Shown here: positions 1 through 14,341 of the stretch, one piece after another
Numbering within the stretch: position 1 is the stretch's first letter
Layout: each line of letters begins with the position of its first letter
DNA from: Balanoglossus misakiensis
Taxonomy: Eukaryota > Animalia > Hemichordata
Direction: 5' to 3'
Assembly: GCA_040954595.2 (NCBI GenBank)
Contig: CM082583.2
Location: forward strand, 11,421,656 to 11,485,655
DNA: 64,000 nucleotides
The notes under the pieces: model-generated
Database searches by the model: none
The model's input: only the letters and a program-made list of their open reading frames with translations
What the model was told of the DNA's origin: nothing
Made by a program: the position numbers and the translations under genes

Positions 1-37
1 TGTGCATATTTACTATCTTCTTAATGACTTTCCGCAG

Positions 38-3000
38 GAAACTAGCCAAGGAGAAGCCTGAATTCAAACTACAGAAATCCATTTCCATGCCAGACCTGCA
101 CGACCATGATGCATTGACCGAAGAGTTTGGCATTGATGATGACGACACGGCCAGTATCAAGTCATCCTATCACCCAGACAAAGAGACAAGAAGATTTAGT
201 TTGGAGCCACCGAAAAAGGAAGAAAAGGAATCAGAAGAGACGGAGAAGAAGGAAAAATTAGACTCAAGGCAAATGTTACAGAAAGATTTGATGAAATTAT
301 CGCAGTACAAGTCGGTGAGAGATAACAAAGAAGAACCGCTAGACGAAGATGAGGACTTACCGCCATTATTACAGGTGACATGCTTTCACAAAACATTGTG
401 TGATGACTATGCTGTGATAAATTTGGCCTATTTAAAGAAAAATACATGTCGACTACTGATTGGTGTTCTTTGGAATAACCAGCAGGGTGGCAGTGTATTC
501 ATGGACATACAAATATTGTATAATTTCAGGCAATATCCAAATCTGGTCAAGTTGAAGGAAGGAAAGAGATGTTAGAGCAACAGCTGAAAGACTTGCAAGA
601 GAAAGAGGCCAAAGAAAAAGCAGCAGAGTTGTAAGTTATCCAACACCATGTGTTTACTCATTTTCCATCCAATTTCAAATACTAAGAATTGAATTTTGCA
701 CTTGAACTTGAATTTGTACATCCTTTGACTTATGCAGGATAAAGATCCGAGATCCCACGCATCCACAGCCAGCTACCACCACAAAAAGAATGCCTAACAA
801 GTCGGTAGTAAGGACGTCCGACATCAGGGTGTCCGAACGTGTCAGTCTGTCATCTGTGACCCTTGACCTCTACACCACTGTCTTCAATGAACTGTTAGGT
901 GATGTAAGTAGACTGGCCTTGTTTGTTTGCACTGATGAGATTGTCAATCAAGCTAGCTTTCAGCAGTTTTCACCTGATTCCAGGGAATTTTTTAGGTCAA
1001 GAATGCCACAGCAGTTTGTTGTAAATTTTAATTCTGTTCTTGTTGACAGATTGACACACAGACCATCAAGAAACTGGACAGAAATCTGTTCTTCGGTCAA
1101 GAGATCAATGAAGTCTACGATGAAATCATGAAAACATTACCAAACGATCACTTCAGACATGACCTGGTAATTCTATCCTTCATACATTTGTACTTAAATA
1201 TTGTCACATGGACTATCATACCAATGAATTGGAGTGAAAGAGGTTTGCATTCACGAATATCAATCAAACTGTGTTTACTCTTACTATTGTAGGATCCATT
1301 GATTGAACCATCGGCTGATCAGGTCAACTTATCAATATTACTGTCGTCGTCAGCAGTGGGTAAGAGTAGAAAGGACCGGCACTTGAATCCGGAACTGAAA
1401 AGAGATGCCAAACCTCCGTGGGGTGAAGAGAATATGGCGGAATGGGCAAAGAGGTAAGGGCTGGAAACGGAGATTAGTTTCTGTGTATGTTCCAATGGAA
1501 AGAAACAAGTTGCAATTAGATTTATTTAATTACTTGTAGTACCAGTGACATTGGTTTGATTTGATACATTACAGTCCTCTGTTCAACGCTGAACAGCTGA
1601 TGAGGCAAAGAGCCATGGGGGCCGCTGCAACACCAGCCTCTGGAATGATGAACTTCCATGATTATCCGCAATCGATGGGCGGAACATACGGAGCTCCCGG
1701 AATGGGTGCGGCCAGCAGTTACGGCGGCGGAGAGACGTACGCAGCCAGTTCATACGGAGGTGCCGCCATGAGTGGGAATTTCATGGATGCGCAGAGTTCA
1801 ATCGGCGCCCCTGCCATGGTTGATGATAGAAATTCCAGGGCCTATGCTTCCTGGTTGAATTGGTGGAAATCAACCATCAATTCGGATGACTACATGAAGT
1901 ACCTCTCGACTCAGGTGAGGAAACTCTTGCAGCTTTCCCACTGGTAGTTGTTTGAATCCTTTGAAATGAAACCTATCTAAACTGAATCCTAATTATTTCC
2001 TGATTTTAGGAATCGGATTATCTGGGAGTGGTGTTTCATTTCTATGACAGTGGTGACAGTGATGATGATGACACTGCTGAGAAGAAAGGACCTTCACAGA
2101 CCAAGCTGGAAAAAATGAGGTACACTAGTTAGTGCATGTCTGCATTGGGCAAAAGTTGCTATCTGTTGATACTGTTCAACTCACTGAAATGACAAATGTT
2201 TGATATAATCTCTCTAGCATCATTTTGGCTGTAATGTATTCATTACTGAATTCCAACTGCAGAGGGAAATGCTGGCATGAAAGCTTAACTTGATACATGT
2301 GCTGTTGTTACTCTTACCACCAGAAAACGTAAAGAGAAAGTAGACGTACTGAAGAGAGAGAAATCTGCCTTCGTTCCCGGTGAATGGAATGTCAATGCTG
2401 TCCTGATGGGTGGTCTGGGTAGAGATCCAGAAGTGGAAAGTAAGTCAAGTAGATTTGTTTATGCCATGATATGATGTCATTGCAGGTGTGTGATGTCATC
2501 AGTATGTGAGGTGATGTGCATTTTACAGCAATATAGAGGTGTTCATGATGCTTGTACTTTTTTCAGTGGAAGAGGACGAAGAAGAAGCCATCACCCCAAG
2601 ATCAGTGCGGTCCAGGCGGTCAAGAGCGTCACGCTCTCGCACAGACGCATCTCGGGTCCAGAGTCGGGGATCACAGAGCAACGCCGATGCAGCGAGGCTG
2701 CCAAGTCGGGGGTCAGAGAGCCACACAGCAATGTCACGTAAGACATCTGAGGAGAGAACACACAAGGATTCTCTGAACGTACACGATGGAGATCTGAAGT
2801 CAACTTCACCGCTCTCATCCAGGGGCCATACATCTGCCTCCAGACATGCAGGGTCCAAGCTTGGCAGTGCCACACGCAGAGCCAGCAGAACATCCGAAAT
2901 ATCGAGTGCTGTAAGTTGATGCATATCTTTTTAATGAATTTGTCAACAGTCTCAGGACAAAAGGCTCAAAATAAATCTGTTCACAATACAGTAGGATAGA

Positions 3001-4194
3001 TATATTGGCTAGATAATGGTAAAGAGGCCAGATTTCACTCAAAATACATCTTTCACCCCCTCCCTTTACAGAAATCAGGCGCAGAGTCAAGCAAACTCAC
3101 TGCACCACTGACACCCCAAGAAAGACTGGAAGCAATCTGGTCATCATTACAAATGCCTGATAAACTAAAACTAGACATGGCTATCAAATACAGCTCAGAC
3201 CAGTACATTGACCAGCTTGATGAGGTAGGCGCTACATCTGTGGTAATTCCTTGGCGTGGTTTTGATTTCCAGTCGAACGCTGCTTTGCCTGTGTTAATCT
3301 GTTGATATGACACATGTTCTTTCTTCACACACCCAACAGAGCATCGATGCCTGGGAGAAAGCAACTGCTGTGATTATTCAGAGGGAAGAACTCATCGCCA
3401 AACTTGAAGCTTTCGAACGACTGGCATCAGATCCAGACAGGTTCTTCCAGAAAGGTGGGGTTATAATAAGATTTGTTCCACACTTGTCATTGCTCATGAA
3501 TATCAATGAATCATATCTGACAGAAAGAAAGAAATTGTAACTCTTCAGTGTCAGAGGAATAAGACTCTACTGGGTCCCACACAGCTTTGGTTTAGCATCA
3601 CAAGTTATATAGAGCAAATATGGCACACTCCAAAAAATATGAAATTTTTGTTCCCAGGTCATCGAGGTTCTTCGGTGGCCAGACTGACAGAAGCCAGACA
3701 AAGAAGTCACATATACGCCGCTTTAGATGAAGTGGACAAGAAGGTGAAGAAGAAGGTTCAATTGGTCAAAGATAAATTCAATGATGACATGACATTCCAG
3801 GTATGTCACGGTGCAATTGATTTGCATGTAGTCTTGCAATCAAAGCATTGTATTATTCTGAATTTCAGCACAACTTGGATCAGTTACGATTTCAGAGTTT
3901 TCGTTCACCAGGTTGATCATGTGTTCTAGTGGCTTGGATAGATCACCAATGTGGTTTAGTTGTATGATACCCAGTGTGTTGGAACAGTGTGTACCTGGTA
4001 TGTTGACTTGCTTTGTGTTTTTTTTACTCTTTCAACAGAGCCGTCCTTACCTTGATAAGATGAAGTTTGACCGAACAGAGATGCTGTACTGGCTACAGCA
4101 AGAAAGGCGACAGTATGCCATTGAGAGGGCAAATCTGGCCCAAGAACTGCCTCTCAAAATGGCAGAACTTCCACCATTACAAACTATGTCATAG
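38..4194 (+). CDS. CCDC87: Coiled-coil domain-containing protein 87-like, multi-exon, 5' end upstream of the window
   Basis: GT-AG exons join ORFs 24..575, 1561..1947, 2539..2919, 3307..3540, 3639..3929 and 3913..4194. The C-terminal region (QERLEAIWSSLQMPDKLKLDMAIKYSS, WEKAT..IQREELIAKLEAFERLASDPDRFF, PYLDKMKFDRTEMLYWLQQERR) matches the CCDC87 C-terminus as I recall it. Stop TAG at 4192-4194. Confidence 0.8.
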
Positions 4195-4768
4195 CATTTA
4201 TCACATATCATCATATCACAGACGTGTATCACTGTATGTAGTGTGTCTCTTTTTTTTCTATCTTTCAAAGTCCAGTGTTCCATACTACATTTGTACATAT
4301 TTTTATTTTGGAATTTTATCACATTTGAAATTTAGAGAAAGGCAACAGTAAATTGAAGCACCAGTAATACTAATACCAAGTTTTTGTAATTCAGTTTTAT
4401 TGCAACAATCACTGAAATAACTTGTACATCATTCAGTCAATTGCAAATCACAGCAAACTCATACGTATGATACATAAGGTACCTAACAAATTCCACAGCA
4501 AATTTCTTGTGTGTGTTCATTGTCTGCACCCATGGGCTTCAAATTTTCCAGATGTATATACCTCTATGCAAGTGTCCATTTATATTATTGCATTAAAAAG
4601 CAAACCAGAATAAAGTTGACCTATTATGAATGACAAGATTGTTCATCTTCCCTCCGTTGGTCGATGTGTAGACTGGCCAAGTATTAAGTGAAGTATGAGT
4701 GACCAATATGACTACAAAACATAGCAAAGTTTTCCGCCCAAACACACTGAGGCTTTTATAATGACTTC

Positions 4769-6350
4769 CTAGTCTACTTTGACTACTTCATGGTCTGGTT
4801 GACGTATGACCTGAGTCCTTGCAGTGGTTTCGTTCACTATGAAAGCCACGTAATGTTTCAAAACGTCATAGTTCCAGCCAACGATTTTGTCATCCTGAAT
4901 GTCCTCAAAGAGCTTCATTTCGCCACTTGTCCACATGATGTTTCGCTTCTGGTTGGTCTGGTCGCTGAGAGGGTCAAGTCCGAGGGTGTTCAGCTGATAC
5001 ACATAGAAAGTGTAGTGCTGGCCATCATTGGTGAGGATGGACTGCAGGACAATCGGCGTTTTGACATCATCAAACCAGAAATGCTCTGAAAAAGTAATGA
5101 GAACAACCAAAGCCTGGTGAATCCATATGCTTATGTTATGGGCAAGTTTACCGAATCATGACAAGAACCACGATCAAATGACAGAATTATACAAGTGAAT
5201 ACTTACTGTGGGCCATCGCTACAGCATTTGCCCAGCTAAATCCAGCAATCAGACCACAATTATTTAGTCGTTCAGCGAGCAGTCCCTCTGCAATACTTCT
5301 TGTTCGGTCATAAACTTTTGGAACCAAAATCTGTGTATGTCCACATTTTACCTTGTCATCTGTAAGTTTGGAACCTAACAAAGACAAGACATGCTGGTAA
5401 GTGGCAATGCGGAAGAGAATGCCTTGATATAGAAATGAATAATGAAGATACAGATGCTTACCTGGATAACACTGGTTGTTGAAATGTTTCCTGAAAGTGC
5501 TCATGGTCAACGGATTATACTTGTATTCAGGGACCTCACCATTCAGAGACAGCTCACCATCCATACTCACAACCTGCACAGAATATATGACACACATTTT
5601 GTTACATTGAGTCAATTTACAAATAGAGAACAACAGTGCTAAAACAAATAACAATTGGCTTCTGCCTACCTCTGGCAACGGATCTGTTGTTCGAAGTAAA
5701 CACCATGGAGTTTGGTTGATTTGGTACCTGTATTCATCTCGCAACCAAAACGATCTGATCAAGGCGTCGAAATCCAATTCACAGGTCATCAGGTGAGGGA
5801 AATGGCCACACTGTGACGTAACTATAGCCCTGATAAGACTCTCCTGCACCCATCTGGCTCGCATACTAGGATTGGTGTTGTGTCTTTTCAATTTCATCTG
5901 ACGTCTGTCTGCATACAGAAACTCTTGTTCGACACCTTCCAATAGAACATGCAGCAGCTCGTCCATAATCTGTTTTGTATCTTTATTCACGATGACATCT
6001 GGGAGCCCTTCGACCACTGTTGTCTTTGTGATGTGTTGGTAATATTTCTGCGATCCGGGGTGAGTATTGAACATCATCGGTAAATATGTCCATGCCTGTT
6101 GCTTGGATATGATACCGACCATTTCTTGAGCAGTTTCAACAGCATTTACCTTCGCTCGAAGATTCTCTCTTTCTGTTTCTTCTTCCGTCAAATACGGTGG
6201 TATGGGCGGCAAGTATTGTTCGAAGTCATCGTTAACTTCCACAGTAGTGGATCTTGTGCGTGCTACTGCTATTCGATGAACATTTCGAGGTGAAACCTTC
6301 GATAAATTGGCAGAAACTTTCTGCACAGCTTTCCACATGGTGGCTGCCAT
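4769..6350 (-). CDS. MRPS30: Mitochondrial ribosomal protein mL65 (MRPS30/PDCD9 family), 4 exons
   Basis: Exons 6350-5670, 5573-5462, 5374-5207 and 5085-4769 are phase-consistent. Basic N-terminal presequence (MAATMWKAVQKVS..RNVHRIAVAR). Family motifs YQHITKT, PIVLQSILTNDGQHYTFYVYQLNTL and NIMWTS. Confidence 0.85.
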
Positions 6351-6572
6351 TTTCTGAATGACCACAGTGCAACGCGGCTTCCGGATGTTGCAGACGACAA
6401 AATCACGCTGAAATGGATGGTGTGCTCAATTTCTTTTACATCCATGCAGTGTCAAAATAACGCTATCTAGTAGATAAAGTTAAGATTCCTAAGAGAGGAG
6501 AAGCAGCTAAATGCCAATTTTCACAAAAAGTATTGACAGTCGAGATCGCTAAGCATTATGGGAAAATTAAAA
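6351..6572. promoter_or_regulatory. Bidirectional promoter, MRPS30/CDK7
   Basis: Only 222 bp between divergent ATGs. Both starts sit in YY1-like contexts (AAAATGGCAG on -, AAAATGGCG on +). Confidence 0.7.
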
Positions 6573-9265
<2,693 letters not shown>

Positions 9266-12248
9266 CGAGGTATCTCACAACTCGAACACACTATCAACTG
9301 AGTCACCTGACCTGCCAGAGACTACACTAGATGGGCGCCAACTATAATTTGCTGCAAACATTCTTTTGTTTTACACTCATACACATCATTCCGAGGTTAA
9401 ACTTCAGCTCAGTATTGAGCTGTAACACACTATTCAATGTTTCCCAGTGAACCAGTGCTTAACATTGCAGTTATTTGTTTAATTTAAGAGAATTAGAATT
9501 AGACAAACTCATATCTCATACAAATACTTCTCGTGGCTATCAGCATTTTAAAGTACATATTACTGTGGTTATCAAATAATCAAGAACATTGTACATATAT
9601 TTCACAGAAATATTCTTTTTTATAAAAGATTAGTATCAGAAGAATACAAGAAGGAAGAAAGGGATCTTGAGAATACAGAAATTCTAAAATCAAGATTTAA
9701 TATCAAGAATATTATGATTTTTTTTTTCTTATCTCAGAATGTAAATGTAAGAGGAAAACTGCCTATTTATGTTGATTTCATTTGTGCCTTCATCTGTGGA
9801 CGCAATAAATTTGGATTTATTTTTTTTTCTTTATTTTCCATTATATAATTTGTGTGTAAGACTTGGGGTTGGTCTTCTCTTCTTCCAGAAAAGGCCATTT
9901 TTACCAAAGTTCAACTTTAAACATTTCTTAGAAAGACCTGTATAAGTTGAACCACTGACATTGAGGTGCATAGAATATGAGCCCACTTTGTGTCTAATAC
10001 ACCTCAGGGGCAACTCTTATTCGGTGTATGTGAAATCTCTAAGCTGGGAAAATACACGCGTTAAACTTCTTGACTTCAATTCATTGGCATTTGAGGACTC
10101 TGATGAGAGAGTGCTTTAAAATGTCACAGGGGTCTCCTTGCCTCTAAGTCTGTGAAGGTTGGTCAACACCGGCCAGATGGACATGTACACAGCAACATCA
10201 GTGTGGAAGGGCCCAAGGAGTCGATTGACCCTTTACATGCCCGGCAGTCAATGGAGAAACCCCAAATGGCAGACTTTGTGCTCACTGGATTCAGTTTCAC
10301 GTCATGTGACCCGACAACAAAGACACCAAAGCCTGGGCACACTGGGAACAAATTCTAGTGATGGTGTACCAGGAATGCCACTGAGCTGATCCGCCTCTAA
10401 GTGTTATTGCTCTGACCTGTGCTTGTATTTGCTATGTATAGTATGAAAATTCCAGTCCATTGTTCTGCGACTGGCCGTCACAATGCAAGGGAACGGTTTC
10501 AAATATTCCTGGCATTTGCGCGCACACACACAAACAAAAATTGACTGAATCGGTGATTCAGAAGTCGGAAGCTTTCTCAGAGGCTTCTCCAAATATCAGA
10601 AGTAGTCTTTGTGAAATGCTGAATTCTCTTTAGAAAATTTCCCCCAAAAGCAGCAGTGTTGTGATAGCCACAATTTAACAATTCTCAAAGCTTGTCAGAG
10701 TAGATGACATTTAACATGCAAGACTGATGTCAGCTTAGCCAGTTTTCCAACTGAATTCACCAGTGAAGTTTTTGAGAGTGAGTGTGTGAAATGCACAGAG
10801 GTTTTTAACATCTCATACCATGTACCTGGCCAGAATATATTTGTTTTCACTAAAAACATGTTTGTGTGCTCTAGGTGAAGTCAAATGAAGGTTGTACAAG
10901 CAACTCTTCCAATTAAAATAGTTTGATAAACAATTTCCTCTTGAATTGGGCCCAGTGGGTATTAAGCAATTCCAAACAACATGGAAAGACAGAGGTCATT
11001 GTAGAACCTAATGAATGATTTGATATAATGAAGGGATGTATATGCTGTGCCCATCCAGTTTTTGTTTTCACTTCGGTGAATTGGACTGGAAGACAAAAAA
11101 CGTAAATATTCCTCAAACCATATGTGTTCCATCACTGTGATACGGATCTACGGCAAGGGAATCGCGTTGTGCAACTTCGAGTGGTTTGTTAATTGATGAG
11201 AGTTTGATGCGGTAGGTCTGGGTTTAAATCTCATAAAATACAAGCCAACTTGATGTTCTATGCCTGCAGATACACATATATATGTATATAGTCTCTATGT
11301 GGGTAACATTACTTTTGTTGATAATAACACAAACAGTGCATAGATTGTGTTGACAAGCAAAATTCTGGGTTTTCCAACATGCTTAGTGAGTTCAACAAAA
11401 TTAATTTGTAGTAATCACACACACTGTTTGATACTGCAATAGTAAAAAAAAGTTGGGGACATTTTCTCACCATAATTATCATTAGAATAGGTACTTGAAT
11501 TCTAGTCAAGACCTGAAAGACAATATTTTATCAACAGTTCAGAGGAAATACCAGTCAAAAAAGACAGTTTGTTATTAAGTTGATGAAAAGGTCTGTTATT
11601 ATCACAGCAGAAATACCATATCATGAAAATAAACTCCTGGAGTGTGTTTTATCTCAGAAATGGCAAGGGTCGGTTTTAAAGTAAACTGCACGCCTTCCGT
11701 TTGGTAAAGACATATCAAGTTGTGGCTTGCCTCCAGTGATAAAATTTTGAACCTGAAACCTCAAGAAACAATGGTTCTATTCTAAAGGTGATTGCACAGT
11801 GCATTCCAAAGATGCTGGAATTCACAACTTCTTGTTTTTATTTTTTTTTAACAATATGCAAATGTTATACAGTTCACAACTCTTGAACATGTCAAAATTC
11901 TTTCAACACCACTGAATAGTTACGTCACTTTTTAAAACATAAATACATACATATAAACACTGAAATACAAGACTTAAATACATGTATTATACAATAATAT
12001 TTTTTTTACACTTACGGTATCTTTGAAGAATTATTAAAGTACAAGTATCCATCAATTCCTGTCTCAAAGTACAAATGATTTCAAAGTGAAAAAACTCTAC
12101 GGACCAAAAACATCCTCATATTTCAAATAATAGCTGTACCTTATTCGTCACACAATGAACAAACATTAACATACACTGTTTCTAGTTTGACTATACACCT
12201 ATTTCGTTGTATAGAAATGTCTTGTTTTGCAAAACTCTGCCTGAACAC

Positions 12249-13019
12249 GGCTAGTTATACTTTGCGAAACAACGAAACGGCGAAACGACAAAACCATTAT
12301 TAAAATAGGGGCCAGTCATCAAGACGGTGGCGTATGATTTTTTAAAAAGTTTCCAAATTAAAACTTAAGCGAGCCAAGAAAACTACAGGTCAGATAAATT
12401 GTTTTCTCGGAAATTCAACATTAGAATCAAATTTGGCGTTGGAAACAAACGGCGGGTCGCCAGTTCCTGGTCTGCGGCCTGGTACTATGTAGTGGTAGAG
12501 TCGACGTCGTGTGCGCGCAAACGATTCATGCCAAACTGCTACATATACACAGTGAATATACGCGCGCGCACAACGAAACCACAAAAGATCGAAACCTCAA
12601 AATGCGGCAGCAACTGTCACTATTTCCTTAAATACCACAAGGCGGGGAGGCATGAATTGCAATTAAGATAATAAAGAAATTTCGACAATGATACTGTGTT
12701 GTGTGAGTTACATGTGTTTCTATATATAACTACTACTCTTACCCCCCATCAGTGTTTGACCCTCGAAAGCTTACGGACACTACTGCTTTGTTTCAACTAA
12801 TCCTTAGCCCTGTGAATATACTCGTACATTGACCTTTTGGGGCGGGATTCTTTTTTGGCGCGCAACCACTAGTACCAGGCCGCAGACCAGGAACTTATTT
12901 GGAAACTTTAAAAAAAATCATACGCCGCCGTCTTGATGACTGGCCCCTATTTTAATAATGGTTTCGTCGTTTCGCTGTTTAGTTTCGCTGTTTCGTTGTT
13001 TCGCAAAGTATAACTAGCC
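12249..13019. mobile_element. Non-autonomous Mutator-like (MULE) MITE
   Basis: About 110-bp TIRs (GGCTAGTTATACTTTGCGAAACAACGAAAC ... GTTTCGCAAAGTATAACTAGCC). Perfect 9-bp TSD CCTGAACAC at 12240-12248 and 13020-13028. No transposase. Confidence 0.9.
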
Positions 13020-14080
13020 CCTGAACACTGGGCCAGCCAGTCAGCACTGGATCTGACATTAACCCCGAGATTCTGAGGTTATGTGTAATCACTCGAATAC
13101 TTCCCATTGGTCAATTTATAATCTGAACAGCCCGACCGACATCTGTCTTGGAACACCCTAACAGTCTCAGAAGTGAAAGTATACTTCTTGAAACTCCCTG
13201 AAACAATGCATCTTTATCAAATCTCCTTGCTGTCATTCATTCACCTCGTAAAACATAGCGGTACATTTTAAATGTGAATTAACAGTACCTTGTCAATAAT
13301 TCAATGCATGGGAAAGAATTAGTATGATTTGTTATTTCAATTTGAAATCTGTAACTTATTAATATGTGAATGTGTCAGTGCAGCTCCTTCAGGAGTTTAC
13401 ATTTTTAACCGTAGGAATTGAACATAAACAAGGATAATTACATCATGCATAGTTATATTACTGTGATGACAGCCTTTTAAAACATCAATGATGTATAAGA
13501 TTTTTTTTTTAAATTCGATGACAGTAATAATTAACATTATGTGAAAAAATCACTAAACTATCAATTTCGTTTATTTTTGTCTCAAAAACTAGTTGGTCGA
13601 ATATATACCTGTACCACAACTCTCAATACAAAAACACTGAAAAGGCTCACTTTGTATTATTTACAATGGCAGTGAAAAAAGTCTGCACTCTGTGCTAATT
13701 TTCTTCAAAACTGATGTCCACTGTATTATAATATTGTACCTGTTCTTGGAAACACAATTAAATAAAACACTGGTGATGTACGTATCTTTCATGGCATACA
13801 TCTTCATCCATTGATCCTACTCAGCCAACATTATCATGTCCAGCTAATCTCCTTTGGGTAAATACTATGCAAAGCCATCATCTGGACAGCTTGGCCTTTA
13901 CAGAGGCAAGACTTTGAACTGAAATCACCTGCATAAACTTTGGAACAAATTCTCAGTACATGTACAACATCTCTTATGATAATGGTTTACATAACAGGGG
14001 TCTCTACTTAGCAACTACATCGTAAGTTAGATGTTGTGTGAAAATGGTTGATAACTATGACAACAGCTCTACTACAATCC

Positions 14081-14118
14081 GGGGGGTGGGGTGGGTGGGT
14101 GGGGTGGGGTGGGGGGTG
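14081..14118 (+). repeat. G-rich (GGGT/GGGGT) tract with G-quadruplex potential
   Basis: ggggggtggggtgggtgggtggggtggggtggggggtg. Confidence 0.7.
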
Positions 14119-14341
14119 TTAAGGTAGTGAAAACTGGTTGGTCAGCTGTCATTCCAGAGACAAACATGTCCAGAAATACTCTTCACTTGCCAGATCTTGC
14201 TCCAAGTCCTACCCACTTTCTGCTAGCTGGTTTGAACTGGTTATTTTTGGATCAGCGATCAGAATGTAGTGGAGTGTTGTACAATCATGTACTCTGAGTT
14301 TTTGGCCACTTGCTCTTCTCTTACCCTGTTGACACTTCAGT

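Noticed and set aside
2490-2924. Several overlapping ORFs on both strands
   Set aside because: Shadows of the GC-richer Ser/Arg-rich CCDC87 exon.
6351-6572. MRPS30-CDK7 pair as conserved synteny with the human MRP-CDK7 neighbourhood
   Set aside because: The human neighbour of CDK7 is MRPS36, an unrelated gene; MRPS30 lies far away on 5p.
10140-10402. 10-bp direct repeat GCCTCTAAGT (10140 and 10393) flanking short ORFs; possible TSD
   Set aside because: No TIRs, poly-A tail or recognisable product between the repeats; could be chance.
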